A DNA stretch of 64,000 nucleotides. Origin: Diadema antillarum (lineage: Eukaryota). Location: NCBI RefSeq assembly GCF_040938485.1, contig NW_027271466.1, positions 1,426,001-1,490,000 of the forward strand. The letters are read 5' to 3'. The notes under the pieces are model-generated. The model was not told where the DNA came from. It ran no database searches and saw nothing but the letters and a program-made list of their open reading frames with translations. The translations under genes were made by a program, and so were the position numbers. Numbering within the stretch: position 1 is the first letter of the stretch; each line of letters begins with the position of its first letter. This document shows positions 49,146 to 62,486 of the stretch, piece after piece.

Positions 49146-52100
49146 TGGTGTGCTATGTACTTGGTGCTGGTGATGATTTAACTTTGTCAGCTGAGAGCTA
49201 GTATAGAGTTGTGCTCTGCAAACTTTGGACAGTGGTGTCATCCTTAACTGTTTTTCAGTCAATCACAACCTCAAGCTGAAAACCAGTAAAGTTTAAAGTA
49301 AAGACTCACATTTCAAGTCTTTTAACTCTTTGCATGGCATGGTGTAAACCCCCTGTGGACCATGTTATTCTGAGACTGCAACACATGAGCACTTTGGGGA
49401 AAGCATTCTGTTTTTTAAAGCCATGTAACCTGTTTATAGAAGTGAATATGCTAGAAATGCAACAGAGCAAAATTGGAGACAAAATTTGCTGTAATGTATA
49501 AATCTTATGACAGAGCTTTGGCTATTTTTCTTGCAAGTAGGGAGTCTATGGCCATTGCATTTTATACAGAAGACAAAAACATGAAATCTTTAATGCAATT
49601 CAATATGATACAAGACAATGCTAGAGATGGGCTGTTCAGAATTGCTTCATCTAGGTTGACTTTAATGGAAGATTCTCTATGTGCAAGATGAGAGAAAGTA
49701 AATCTCTTTGTGTGCTTACTGATACAGTGTATTTGGATAGAAATATGCATTTCATGAAATGGAGAAGAACATTTGCAGTGCTCAGTGCACTGGGATCTCT
49801 GACTGCTATGTATTCTTCAGGAATATTTATTATTTTTGTAACAAACAAAATGATCATGTAACCAAGTACATATCGAAGCATTCTAAAGAGAGTTAGCAGG
49901 TATGTGTGCATGAAGGGGGGATGAATGATGATAATATTTCCAAGAAGAGAAATATGTCTCTGTACTTCATCCAATATGCATACAGTGTATTTTCCTTCTT
50001 GATTACTCTAAATGAAATGATGATGAAGAGAACTTGATACTGGGGTATGGTTCGAGTATAGGGTAGGGCATGTCACTCACATGGACGTAAGGTCAACTAT
50101 TCTGTTGCTGATTTCTAAATCTGTTTGGACTTAGGCTTTGTTTCAAAATATTTGTGTTCAGGTCTGACCCCTACCTTTAATACTTCATCATCTTTAGTCT
50201 TATCTTGTGGGAGATACAGTCCTTGTCAGTGATATCACTCGCTCCAGCATTAAATCTTGAAGTTCCACTTTTCATCAATATATTAGAATCACTAGCTGGC
50301 ATAAGAATGAAATATTAATATATTCAGTAATTTTTTTTTGTCTCTGCTCTGAAGGATGCCGGAGATATTATATACCAATTAAATACCAAATTGAATACTA
50401 AAATGACTACAAATATTGAGTGTAGTGAACTACCAGACCTTTCATGTTTCACAAAAATCTGTTCCAGCAAACATATACATGTACGACTCACATATCAATT
50501 CTTAAGTGCTATTTTAGATTGTAGACTTCATTGCATTTGAATACAGATACTTTGGAAATTAAATTCACGCAAGCTGCGTATCCTCTTTCATATTTTCTGA
50601 TATAGCTAATATGTGAACATTCCATTATGTCAAGTTTTGTTAAAGAAAGGGAACTATGTGATGTACGACTCAAGATTAATGTTGGAAATTTGCTTCCCTT
50701 GTACTGCTGTCGCATTTCGCACACTAGTAGATCTTGTCAGAAAGTTGTGTATCGCTGATGTAAAGATGCCTTGTGCTTTTCTCTCATTCCTGAGAGCTGG
50801 TTTTCTGTGTGATGAAAGGGACGTTTTGTGTTCACAAGGAAGTGAAAAAAAAGCAATCTATAGACAATTGTGAAAGGGAACAGGAGTCACAATGGTGCAC
50901 CAGATACCAATAGGAGCAGCTGTGTTTGGCTGAAGGAAGTAATTCGAGTATTAAAACCCTGTAGGTGCTGGTGCCCAGACATATGGAATTTCAGTGTTTA
51001 ATCCCTAGCCCCATTTCTGGTCAGTGATACGGACTCTAAGATGACCATTGCTGCTTTATAATATAACTGATTATAAGGTGATTGTTGTTGTTGTTTTTTT
51101 TTTCCAGGGTGTTGCTGGGTATGAAGGATATTCAGTTGATGTGTCGTAGCTGCTGGCCAGCTCAGTGTGTGTAAATATTTGAGAGTTTATTGCCTGGGAA
51201 ATTAATGCTGTTGCACAAAGAGGGAAACAGAGATATGACAATCAACACTTGTGATAGAATCTGAAGCTTTTGTACATCGCGAGGGTAAGTTAATTATTAT
51301 GTCAAACAAGGGTTTTATATTTTGCAAAACATTGCAGTTGACAGTTTGGGTTTGTTGAGTGCACAGTGTGCTACTGAATTGCGGTTGATCTATGTCTTTC
51401 AGTCGTTTGCAACTCTCCGTGCTATGGATCAGGGTCATGAGTTGTGCTGTGGGACCCATCAGTTGTTGTGCTATAGGCACTTGGGCCCTTTTATCACTGC
51501 CACAATTTCTGTAGCCTGCCCTCGCTTGTTGAACTCATCTCTTTGCGTGCATTAAGACTTGAATGAGCAATAGCTTGCTTTAGACTCTTCTTTTTCTTTT
51601 TTGATAGACAATCTATTTGAATAAATCTTGTCGTACAATAGAAATGCCTCTTGTCATTGGAACAATGTACAGACCATGAAGACGTGATTATATGTGAAGA
51701 GAAGTGAACACATTGAGCTGACTACATTGTAGTTCAGGGTTTTTCCCCCGTTTTTTCCCCCTGAAGATTATATCCATGTATAAAACTGTACCTTGTATTT
51801 CGTTATGTAATGAACAGATGGTTGTTCACAATTGATGCATTTTACTGTGATTGTTTCTTTGCTTTTTAACTTTGTTCATTGGAAATTATGAGTTAGAATT
51901 TCATATTTTTTTATTTATTTTTACACTCAAATATTGAACAGTCTTGAGAGCAGTATTGTTTGTTGGGTGAACAACTCTATCTCAGTTAATATTCTTTTTT
52001 AAAATCATTTCATGCGAGTGCCTCTATAGCAACAGATTAGTTGATTAGTAAGAGTGTTATCAGGCAAACTCTGATGATAATCATTACGACTTCACCACAA

Positions 52101-54619
52101 AGAGAGGACTATGTGTGGTGTGATCAGTGCCTTAATCTTGAAATGATCATTGTTGAATTTGCAATGTGTAAAATTCCAGCTTTTTATTTTTCATACATAT
52201 GCCATCGCGGTTTCTCAGTCATTGAGCTTATGGCATTTTGTTTTTGTATGTGTGCTCTACGATAACAATGTCATAGCTGATAGTATATCTCAGAATTGAG
52301 GGAAAGAAGATGAAAATAACAGTTGTATTATTGTCTCATCCAGTTCCTCTCCACTCTCAATCACATTATTCTCGCTTAATAGGGAAGACCTGTGGAGAAA
52401 TTTGTACTTCATGTTTTGTTTTGTTTGTTTGTTTTTTTTTTGGGGGGGGTTGGAGGAATTAATAGAAACAAACTTTAAAATGCTGAATTATCTATTATAT
52501 TTACTAGCTGTTTCGTGAATTTGGTGGGAAAATCTTAAATACTACAACAACAGACGCTGAGCATGAGTAAGATTACTATCCGTCCACTGCATGTTAATCT
52601 ATTTCAGGTATTTATTGTGAGCAGCTGTTGCCAGCACATTTCTAAGATTTAATAAAGTATGAGCACACCAATAAATTACAAGTGTCACAGTTGATTTCTT
52701 TTCTTTTAAAATCTTTATGTGCCATGTGTTACTATGAGATTATCCTTCTTGTTTTTTTGGCTGTTGCTGTTGTTGCTTTTTTTTCTTTTTGTTTGGTCAT
52801 GTATCACTGTAACAACATTAAAAAATTAATGAGCTGTGCAAGAAAAGATTTAACATAGAGACACAAAGATATACCAAGAGACATCCACAAAGACATACCA
52901 AGAGACATCCACACTCCTTGTTGGGAGACACATGCCGCTATTGCAGATTATACCATTGTACCATCAATTAATTTATGTCAATACAACAATATCTATTCTA
53001 TTGTAATTCCAGGTAACATATTACTGAATACCATTTTTCCCACATTTTTGTGAGTTCATGAGAAAGATAACTGAGTTTCAATTATCAATAATCAGTAATA
53101 ACTTCACTGTATGCTGTACCTTATCATGAAGCACAATTAAATGTATTTGCGATATGAAGTATACATATTATCTTTAAGGTTACACAACAGTTTATAGGTC
53201 ATTAAATTGTTTGCATTATATAACCTGGAGATGTTGATAACCATAAAAAAGGATGCATGTGTCAAATTTTTCTTATTTCCACAGATCTTTGAAACTACAC
53301 ACAATATACTGCAACAGACACAGACACACATGCACAAAGTAAAAAACAAACAAATGCATTCTTCACATTCTTCAATTCCATTAATCTAAAGAAGAAAATA
53401 ATATACACATTTGTTTTAAGGAAAGTATCAGGTATATACCTAATAACAAGTTGTAAAATGTATCTTGGACATGGCATCCCATTTACTCAAGAAAATTCAC
53501 AAGCACTGGAGTTTCCTATCTCTTGTAAGGAAATCAGATTTCCCACAATCTGTAAAAAAGTAAGCTGCCATTAAAAAGTATGTTTCAATTTCTGTGCGGC
53601 ACATAATGCAGGTACTGCTAGAAATTTCTCATCAAAATTTTAGTCACCTCTGTCCAGCTTCTGAAAGTTAGTCGCCCAGAGTTACACAGCATGATTGTGA
53701 GAGGTCTTTGTGAGAATTGAACAGTTGCGCTCATCCAGTACTGTCTTCTGTTTTAGAGAGGGAGAGGGAGAGAGAGAGAGAGGAAGAAGAAAAAAAGAAT
53801 GAGAGGAAGGTATTTGAGGTATCCAACTTGGTGCTGTCTTAGATAGGTCTGCTGTCTTCAACTTCACAATATCAAGGAAAACTAGAAAGAATCAAACCAG
53901 GTGCATATTTTCACTTGCATGCCAAATTTCGCCTATGCTATCACTTTGACCCATTAAACAAAGAAACAAAATTGTAAATGTGTGCCATTGCATTTGTTAC
54001 CCAACTGAAAGCAGAAAAGGAAAAGTGCTGGAATTAAGGCCTAGCTTTTATTGTGATCATCAACAGATACCAAAACTAAAATGTGACACACTTGCAATTA
54101 TCCTTATTAGCATTTTTGTTTTATAATGCAATTTTTGCCAACAGCATAGTATTGATTTTGTTGAACTTTGGAGATGTTATATGCAGTCAGCAGTATTCGA
54201 GGTGTGATGAAATTCCAGCTGATCACAGGATGATTTATGTTTTATTTGATTTATTTACCATTTATTCATGTGTTTTGCATATTTGGCAGGTGTATAGTCA
54301 TGAAGGCTATATGCTTAAATTCTATCTAATTTCCACATTCAGGGATTGCAGTTTTGGTACTGTATCAATACTCATAGTTCAGTAGGGCTTTAGTATTTTG
54401 TAGCTATCGGGCTAACATAAAAATTGTTCTGAATTTCCTAGAATTACAATTGTCTATTTTTGAGTTGTTGTTCCTCTACTTCTTTTCCAGTTTTGTAGCC
54501 CCCCCCCCCCTTCTTTCTGTTTCTGTAGTAAGACGTGGTTATTAATTACTACAGTACAGTAGGCCTATGTACCAAACTACTAGTAATTCACAGCCCATAA
54601 AAATTTATCTGTAACTCGA

Positions 54620-54953
54620 GACCCCTCCCCCTTTTCGCTCAGGATCGATGGGTTTACACGTAATCGATCACACATTCTTACAAGTTGTTTACGGATGTAA
54701 CCACGAACGTGAGCACAGCCAGTAGCTGCAGCTACGGTATGTCTACAGTGCTAAACCTATCGAGAGTGCAGTGGCGTACCGTAACGTAGGAAGCGAAGCG
54801 AAGCCTGCCTAGCCACTGATCAGTATTTGAATTGAATTGTGAGGAGCGATTCAACGTATTCAACGGCGAGGATCGGGAAGACCAACGCGGAAAAGGAGTT
54901 CTAGTAATCGTACTTATAGATCCTAGACGATACTTGTGGATATTTTGTGCTAC
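54620..54953 (+). promoter_or_regulatory. CpG-rich promoter and putative non-coding exon 1 of the SAM-domain gene
   Basis: CpG-rich segment ending in donor CTAC|GTAAGT (54953/54954); the TSS cannot be determined from sequence. Confidence 0.5.
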
Positions 54954-55162
54954 GTAAGTATCTACACAGTATTTGAACAATCTAAATTCTATAACTGCTG
55001 TCATGAACAAGGTCAAGGAAATAAGTGAGACGCGTACGCGTGAATGGAGTGCCGATTTTCCAGCGTCGACAGGCACACATCAGTCACACCTCAGTCCCAA
55101 ACGTGCGCGATAGTGTTAGGTAACTTTGAGACAGTAATTATGTGATGCTGACCCTTTTACAG

Positions 55163-55200
55163 ATAATGAGATATTGAAGAATAGACAATTTATCAGTCAG
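55163..55200 (+). other. Putative 38-nt 5' UTR exon
   Basis: Branch point CTGAC + CCTTTTACAG| acceptor, donor CAG|GTAAGT. Confidence 0.55.
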
Positions 55201-55232
55201 GTAAGTAATTACAACTGTAAACCAGGATTATG

Positions 55233-56097
55233 GGCAATTGTGCACTTTACGGCCCTATGGACGGTACCTTATTCGCCGTATGCCAAGGTGATATCCCATG
55301 AACCACCACGCACTGAGCAGCTGGCGAGCTTTTCTTGCTGTATGGAACGCCGTTTGACAAGTGATAAGGTCACAAAAAGCCCGCCTAACTCACTGCGGAG
55401 CGGACACATCGAACACTACTGTGCGATCGTGCGAACCAACCACGCGGGCGAGGCTTGTGTGTGTGTGTGCCCACGTAATGGCTGCCCGTAAATTGGTAGC
55501 TAGTATACACACTTCGCACGGCGTCTGGTTGGGCTCGGGGAACGGTATTGTAAGCCTGGACAAAATACATAAACACTAATAATAGACTGACGAATCGGGA
55601 TAAGATTTTGGGGTTTTTTTATTATAATTTCACAGAATAATTTCGCCAAGGCCGCGAGTGGACATATGTCCTCTGAAATAGGTTAATTAGTGATCACCTG
55701 CTTACGATATAACACAGAATTCATTCATTCAAAATCATGATTGAAGCACGGAAGTTTACCGTTGCGTTCCGTTGTGTGCTAGTGCACACCACCCTGTTTG
55801 TCTGGGGTCTGCTGGCGCTCGATCACGCCGCGCCTCGCAGCCAAAGGCGTTTATAGAGCAACCATGTGGCGTACCGTAAGTGCTTTCATCACGCACACAC
55901 ACACACGTTGACACATTCACACACACACTGCATCCCAACGCGAAATCTCACACACATGCACACAGTAGAGTGCCGGAAGACATGCTGTCGAACCCGCGGT
56001 GCCTGATTAGTGATAGGTACTCGAATTTGCATGCACTGCTCGATAAGGGTAAAATCTCGCACCGATAATATATAGGGCCGTAAAGTGCACAATTGCC
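55233..56097. mobile_element. Merlin- (or MuDR-) like non-autonomous element (865 bp)
   Basis: Perfect 26-bp TIR GGCAATTGTGCACTTTACGGCCCTAT; perfect 8-bp TSD GGATTATG (55225-55232, 56098-56105); GG termini; CpG-rich interior. Confidence 0.88.
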
Positions 56098-57471
56098 GGA
56101 TTATGTATTACGTTATCAATAAATATGATAAGACTGTCACTAAATAGGGTCATGTTCTTTCACAATCATCATTTGTCACATTGACATCATACTCGCACTC
56201 GTGAGAATACAGAACAAGAATCATGAGATTGCATTGCCATTGCATTGGCCATTGCCTTTAAATTTATTTCTATTGGTAAGAAGAATTCATCGACCATGTT
56301 GACATGGTTATTTGTAATCATATTTAGAATCTAATTGTGATGTTGGTTGTAGAAATCTTCATAGGTTCCTAGATTTCTATAAGTACAGAAGACAGGCCAG
56401 CCAGTTTAAAACACTGCGTCTCTACCAGAGACTGGTACAGTTATCATTCATGTAATATTTCCCATTATTTTCTCCCTAATGTTAGCCGTTAGTCCATGGT
56501 ACTAGGCCATGGTAGTTAATCCTAGAGATCTAACCTAACGTTACCACAGAAATTTCTGAATAAAAAGAATTTAATTTTATTTCTTCAAAACTTTTTTTTT
56601 TCAAAACTTTTTTTTTTTTTTTTTAAACCTCACTGGAGAAGTTCCCTTTTGCGTGTGTGTGTGCTGTATGAGCTAGAAATATTGGAAACATTAGCAGCTT
56701 ATGGAGGAAACTCATTGCCTGTGCCTAGTTTAATAGAGGCTGCAGAGCTAAACAAGTGGCATTCATTTGGTTTTTAGCATACATGTATCGACCTGAGTTT
56801 CTTGTTTCATGGCATTGGATTGTTATTTTCAACATGATACCGAAAACATGAAAAATGACATCTTGTATTGAAAGGCAAACACCAAAGCCTATGCCGATCA
56901 GATTATGTGAATAGAAAAAAATCATGGAAATAGGATGCTGAAAATTTAAGGATATAGATTACCTATCTAAAAATCTAAGAAAGTTAAGATGTTGTGAAGT
57001 TTTATAGATCAGGCAAACATAAATTTGCAATTTTATGATGTCACATGTATGCAAGTTCACTCCCATTTGCTCTCGGGTACATAGGCCCTTCATTAGAATA
57101 AGAAATGTTTGTGTTTCCCTTCAAGTAAGTTTACCATTGTAAAACTTGTTGCATGCATTGTCCATAGATAATGTACAATCATTGTAAACATTTTTCCACA
57201 GTTAACCCTTGCAAACATTTGTTACTCAATACTTGAGTTGATGCAATAATCCCTTGATGCAGCTCAAATGCGAAGCTACGTATAATGTACACTGGGCTGA
57301 TGAAATTAGGCTGTGTGCCATTTATAAGCAGGTGCCATTCTGTTATCCCTAATGAATAATAAAAAAAGAATAGAGAATTTTTGCACTTACTTTGTTACCA
57401 GTATGTACATGACACCATGGAGTCAATTTGTATGTGATTGGTTCCTCCCTCTAAATTTCATTACTTTCTTG

Positions 57472-57678
57472 CTGTAAAACATGATATATTCGCGACATGA
57501 AAATTTCGCGAATTGCAGCCGACGGCCTTTCTCACAGCATGAAATTTTCGCGACTTACCACTGGCATCCAATGCATATTGTGTAGGTAAGAACTTACGCA
57601 TGCATTTTAATTTCGCGAATGTTGCCGCTCGCGAAATTCGCGAAATTAAAATGCACGCGAACATTCCTCGTTTTACAG
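57472..57678. mobile_element. CTGTAAAA...TTTTACAG MITE (same group as 36615)
   Basis: Termini CTGTAAAAC / GTTTTACAG|TA; TTTCGCGAA repeats. Confidence 0.8.
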
Positions 57679-58975
57679 TATTCAGTAGAATGTGATCAAA
57701 CTTTCACTCTATTCCTTTCATTTTTTTTCTATTCAACAGACCTATTTTTATGGTGGACTTCGCCTACATATATGTCAATCGTTCAGAACAATGTCAATTC
57801 TTTTTTTTCTCTTATCCTACAAATTGTTTCTGTAGTTTTGTTTCCAAAACTGTATTTCTACACTTCAGTTAAGTGAAGTGAACTCAAAAAGAAGAAATTA
57901 TGCCATTGGCATAAAAATTTTCTGAGATACAATGTTAAGCATCATTCAAGTTCTAATGGTCAACAGTTCAATCACCTTGCTCATACAACTGTATAGTGTC
58001 AATATATCATCATTGACAGCTGTCTTTGATGTACAAATTAGAAAATTGTGAGGCCATGATATCATTGCCCTAGCTAATTTGCATGGTGCTGTGCTTCAGT
58101 GCTTCATGAATATGCATGTATGTACTATAAAATTCCATAAAGTTCTGTCTTGTTCCCCATATGTGCTGATATAAATGTCAATCCTGTCAACTAACTAAAA
58201 AAAAAAAAATGTGCCGGAAGGGCAAGAAAAAAAAAATTGATAGTGATATTTGAGTGTACAAGTACATGTATGATCTGTTGACTGTAAATCATTATTCAGA
58301 TCAAATTATTATCATTTTTTTATTAATTTGTTGTAAGATTTTTTTTTTCATGGCATTTTAGAGTACTCTGAGTGATACTTACACAATGTATACAACATTC
58401 AAACCATTCACCTCATTTCATAAAGCCTGAACACAATAGGATATATATTTGATACCATTACGCAAATAATTTTACCAAAATAGATTGATCTATAAAATTA
58501 ATTGAGTCTACAGTTTTCACTGCAATCACATGCGTTGTCTCAAGATCTGATGTTTTGAACACTTTAAAGATGATGTATTCCATAGAATTGAGGCATTATA
58601 TCCGAAAATGAAGGCTGCCTCATCCAAAGAAAATCTTTGGCTCCGTTTCAAGGCAATTTATTCGCTGCCAAGAGACTGCCTGGCTTCTAAATAAAGCATG
58701 ATACAATTCAAAAACAAGATGTTAAGCTACAATGTACATTGCAGGATCAGTAACAACTTTGTCGCCAAGTTGGGAGCATAGTATTAAATTTCATTCAAGG
58801 ATAAACGTGTGCTATGTGAGAAGAATGTGGAGATCTTTCACACCCACTCTGTTAGTTGTGCCAGTAGATATTACTTTCATTTTCATTTTTTTGAAAGCCG
58901 AGTTTAGAACACTGTACATCTCACATTTGAACATGAGATGGCTGCAATCGAGAGGAGAAATGAAATATCGAATTA

Positions 58976-59145
58976 CTGTAAAACAAGGAATGTTCGCATG
59001 CATTTTAATTTCGCGAATTTCGTGAATGCCAAGATTTGCAAAATTATTAAAATGCATGTGAAAGTTCTTGTCTACTCTATACACATTGAATGTTAGAGGC
59101 AACTCGCAAAAAATTCATGCCGCAAAAAAGGCTGCGACAATATGA
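58976..59145. mobile_element. Truncated, inverted, more diverged copy of the 57472 MITE
   Basis: TA|CTGTAAAACAAGGAATGTTCGCATGCATTTTAATTTCGCG is the reverse complement of the 57678 end. Another end fragment occurs at ~48025-48075. Confidence 0.7.
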
Positions 59146-60433
59146 AATTATGTCAATGTAGTTTTTCTTCTTTTTTTCAGACAAATGTCTTTAGTGATGT
59201 ACTAATCATACATAAATATTATATATTGACATTAATTTCATTTATGTGACAGAGATAATTATTTAGGTTATTGAATTCATTTGTGCAAGTCAAGTTTTCT
59301 GGCATGTGATAATGTTTTACAAGCATTTTGTCTCAATTTTATGAGGACTGATTTTGATCTTACATTGTACATTGGCACTCCGTACAAATTGTAATTCACT
59401 GTTTTCATGGTATACTCAGTCAGGCCTCTTACTTGGTGGCAAATCCTTGTGACTCGTTTAAAGCTTTATGACAGCTGTTCACCTGTTCAGTTGCAGTACG
59501 ATTGATACTTAAATTTCAAAGATTGACAAAATAGTGAACACACTGTAGAAGATAGCACATACAATTTGAGCATTGATACACTGTAGATATGCATACTGTA
59601 TGTATCATTATTTTTATCTTCAAATTAGTCTCCAGGAGCATAAAAAAAAATAAAAGAAACTTTGAGTGCATACAAAACAATGTGGCCAAACAACAACTTA
59701 ATGCCTGAGAATTATAGTGAAAGTATTAAAGAGAAATGGTGTACAGTATGATTGTGTATTAAATGTCAAAGTACTGACAAATGTTTTTTTAATCATTCTT
59801 TAGCAAAGATATTGTGAATTATGTGTTTAGATTTCTTCGAGGTGGCTACATTTAACTTGATTTCTGGGATTTCTCACCTGAGCACCAGATACTGTATGCA
59901 CTATGTGCAATTGGCAAAGATTGTGGACATTGCATACATTGTATTCAATCTGCATGCATTTTTGTATTCGAAAGTTAATTAGCATAATGGTAGATTTCGT
60001 CAGTCTGTAGTGGACTTGCTGAGTAGTGATTGCATGGCCGTCGGTAAAACACTGCTCCTTTGTATGCTGAGATGTTCTGAATCATTAGTTTAATCCTGTA
60101 GTCACTGAAGACTTAAAACAATCAATATTTCCCCATCTAAAGAAATGTACTGTTTAATGTAACCAGACGCCCTGAGTGATTATTGATTAGAGCCTTAAGT
60201 CAGAATGCTGTGGCATCAACTCGCATTCATTGATTTCAGATAAATAGTGATCTAGTTGTTTTTCACTTTCTCCATCAATAAACAGCTACATTTGTACATT
60301 GTACATCACACCTGTGGCAGGTACAGTAGTAGATGTTTATTTGCTTTATCAATACCAAGCCAAAGAAATATTTTCAGTGATCACATGGACCTTTTTGAAG
60401 AGTTTTGTTTTCTCAGTTGTTGATGTTATAATA

Positions 60434-60679
60434 AGATACACTCGGTTTGCGGTTCACCATAGTCCTTAGAAGGACTGTTGGAATGACAGGAGAAAGATAG
60501 AAAGAAGGGTCAGATGAGAGGTGAGAAATTGAGTAAGAGTTTTCTTTCTTGAGTGAGTGTAGTCCTGAAAAGGACTGTGAACCAAGGAAATTAGAAGAGT
60601 TTAGGAAGGGACTCAACGTTTCGGACAGTTGACTGTCCGTCCTCAGGAGTACATGGTGAACCACAAACCGAGTGTATCG
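60434..60679. mobile_element. Small inverted-repeat element (246 bp), TA-flanked, possibly Penelope-derived
   Basis: 26-bp IR GATACACTCGGTTTG(C/T)GGTTCACCAT (60435-60460 / 60653-60678), TA at both flanks. Confidence 0.75.
60611..60650 (-). ncRNA. Minimal type I hammerhead ribozyme motif
   Basis: Minus strand: ACTC-CTGAGGA-C-GGACAG-TCAA-CTGTCC-GAAA-CG-T-T-GAGT, i.e. stem I ACTC/GAGT, CUGANGA core, 6-bp stem II, GAAA, palindromic ACGU stem III, UH site. Confidence 0.65.
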
Positions 60680-62342
60680 TATGTACTACACCGTGCAAAC
60701 ACCTTCCTTCAAAAATCATCTGTTATAATAATGTATAGGGCCCACACTACACATCATATCTTTATCTCTCTCTCTCTCTCTCTCTTTCTTTATCTGCACA
60801 TTGTAATTAATGTATAAACACATTCAATGATACAAATATGCATCAATACATTTGAATTATATGTTTTTATGTTTTTTTTTTAATACAAAAATTGTAAGTT
60901 TTTGTGTCATCCTGAACACAAAGTACAGTGTCTGGCCCACAAGCCTACAGTGTATTTATAAAACTTGTGTTCAGAGATTGTAACTTCCCAGTTTTCCCTC
61001 CCTTCACTTTGTGTCTTGCTGCACTGACAGTGACACAACATCATGTGTATACAGTAGGGAGGGGGAAGAGGTCAATGTCAAAAGTGTCTTTAGAGACCCA
61101 CCCATTCAAAACCAAAAGATAGTCAAGGTTTTTTTCCCTTTTTTCTCCCTTGCCTTTGTATTCTTTTCTTTTTAATCTTTCATTTCTTTACATGATATTT
61201 TACTAATTCTTTTGTTCTGTTAAAGCTATTATTTCTTCACCCTGCTGTGGCCAAGCTACAGGAATTTTATAATATTGTGTACAACATGTAATCTACAGAG
61301 GTTACTTGCCAAATTTGCCTTCAATAGGACCCAAACAACAAATCAATCACAATCAAAAAACAAGAAACATGCAAAAATAAAATGTGTGGTTTGCAGTACA
61401 GGTTGTGCATTGCAGAGGTACCATGTACTTTTATAGATTTTTACCCACTCATTATTCATTGCACCAACTTTGCTCATTCTGTCTTTAAAATGATAGTTCT
61501 GTTGCCTCCCATGAGTCAAGTTAATGGCCTTGAAGGTTGTAGACTTTATTCCTCCTGAGGGCATCCAGGTGGATACCCCATTGCCTATTACTTTTGTTGT
61601 CAGCATAAAGCAGCATTTTAGAGCATACTGTACAACTTGCAGTGCGAACATTTCAAAGGGTTCAGACTTCTTACATGTAGACTCTGCTGTAGACTGAAAA
61701 TACAAGGAAGATAAATTTCCTCTCAATGTTTTATTTTAAGGATTTAACAGAGGCCATTTCCACTACCTTTCTCACTGGTTTTAGACAAATTGCCTGTATG
61801 ATATGTTGTATATTACAATATATTTACAGTAGTCATACGTTGTACCTGTTGAGTTGTAGTATAGATGACATCCCAAACAAATTTGTGGAGACCATTTAAT
61901 GAATGCAAATACACGTCATACAAATATGTCACCTCTTACTTACCAATCCCCCAATATCTAAATTTTCTGACAGTGATGCGCCATGATGTCTTCACTGTTC
62001 ACAGTGCTCATCTGTATGATGTGCTCAAAAATATAACTCACAATTTGCACTTGATATCATAACTCTTTTCTGAGATAAAGTCATTAATTATTACTTTGTC
62101 ACCTTTGGTTCCACAGCAGTAGTAAATCCATCGAGAAAAGTAACCGTATTATATATGCAGGTAATTTGTGTATCGTGTCATTTGTGTCCTGGTATGTCAT
62201 AGTCACTGAGGAAATGTTCAATAGTCTACTTGGCTGAATAGTAGGGATTTGGATTGCTTGGCATTCAGCCAATGATGCTAATAATTACTGGGACACGCTG
62301 CGCAGTCAGTCACACTCACTGTCCCTTTGTGTTCCCACTCAG

Positions 62343-62403
62343 GTGTTCGTGAAGCCTATACTAGCTCAGTGCTCGCCCTCGACGACCTGATGACACATTG
62401 CCG
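62343..62403 (+). other. Putative 61-nt 5' UTR exon
   Basis: TTCCCACTCAG| ... CCG|GTAAGC, followed by a 59-nt intron ending CTGTGCAG (62462). Confidence 0.6.
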
Positions 62404-62486
62404 GTAAGCCTCCCCTCCCCCGTCCACATGCCACTGACACACCAGGCCTTCATGCTGTGCAGTCATTTGTCTCTTGGGATTCCATC

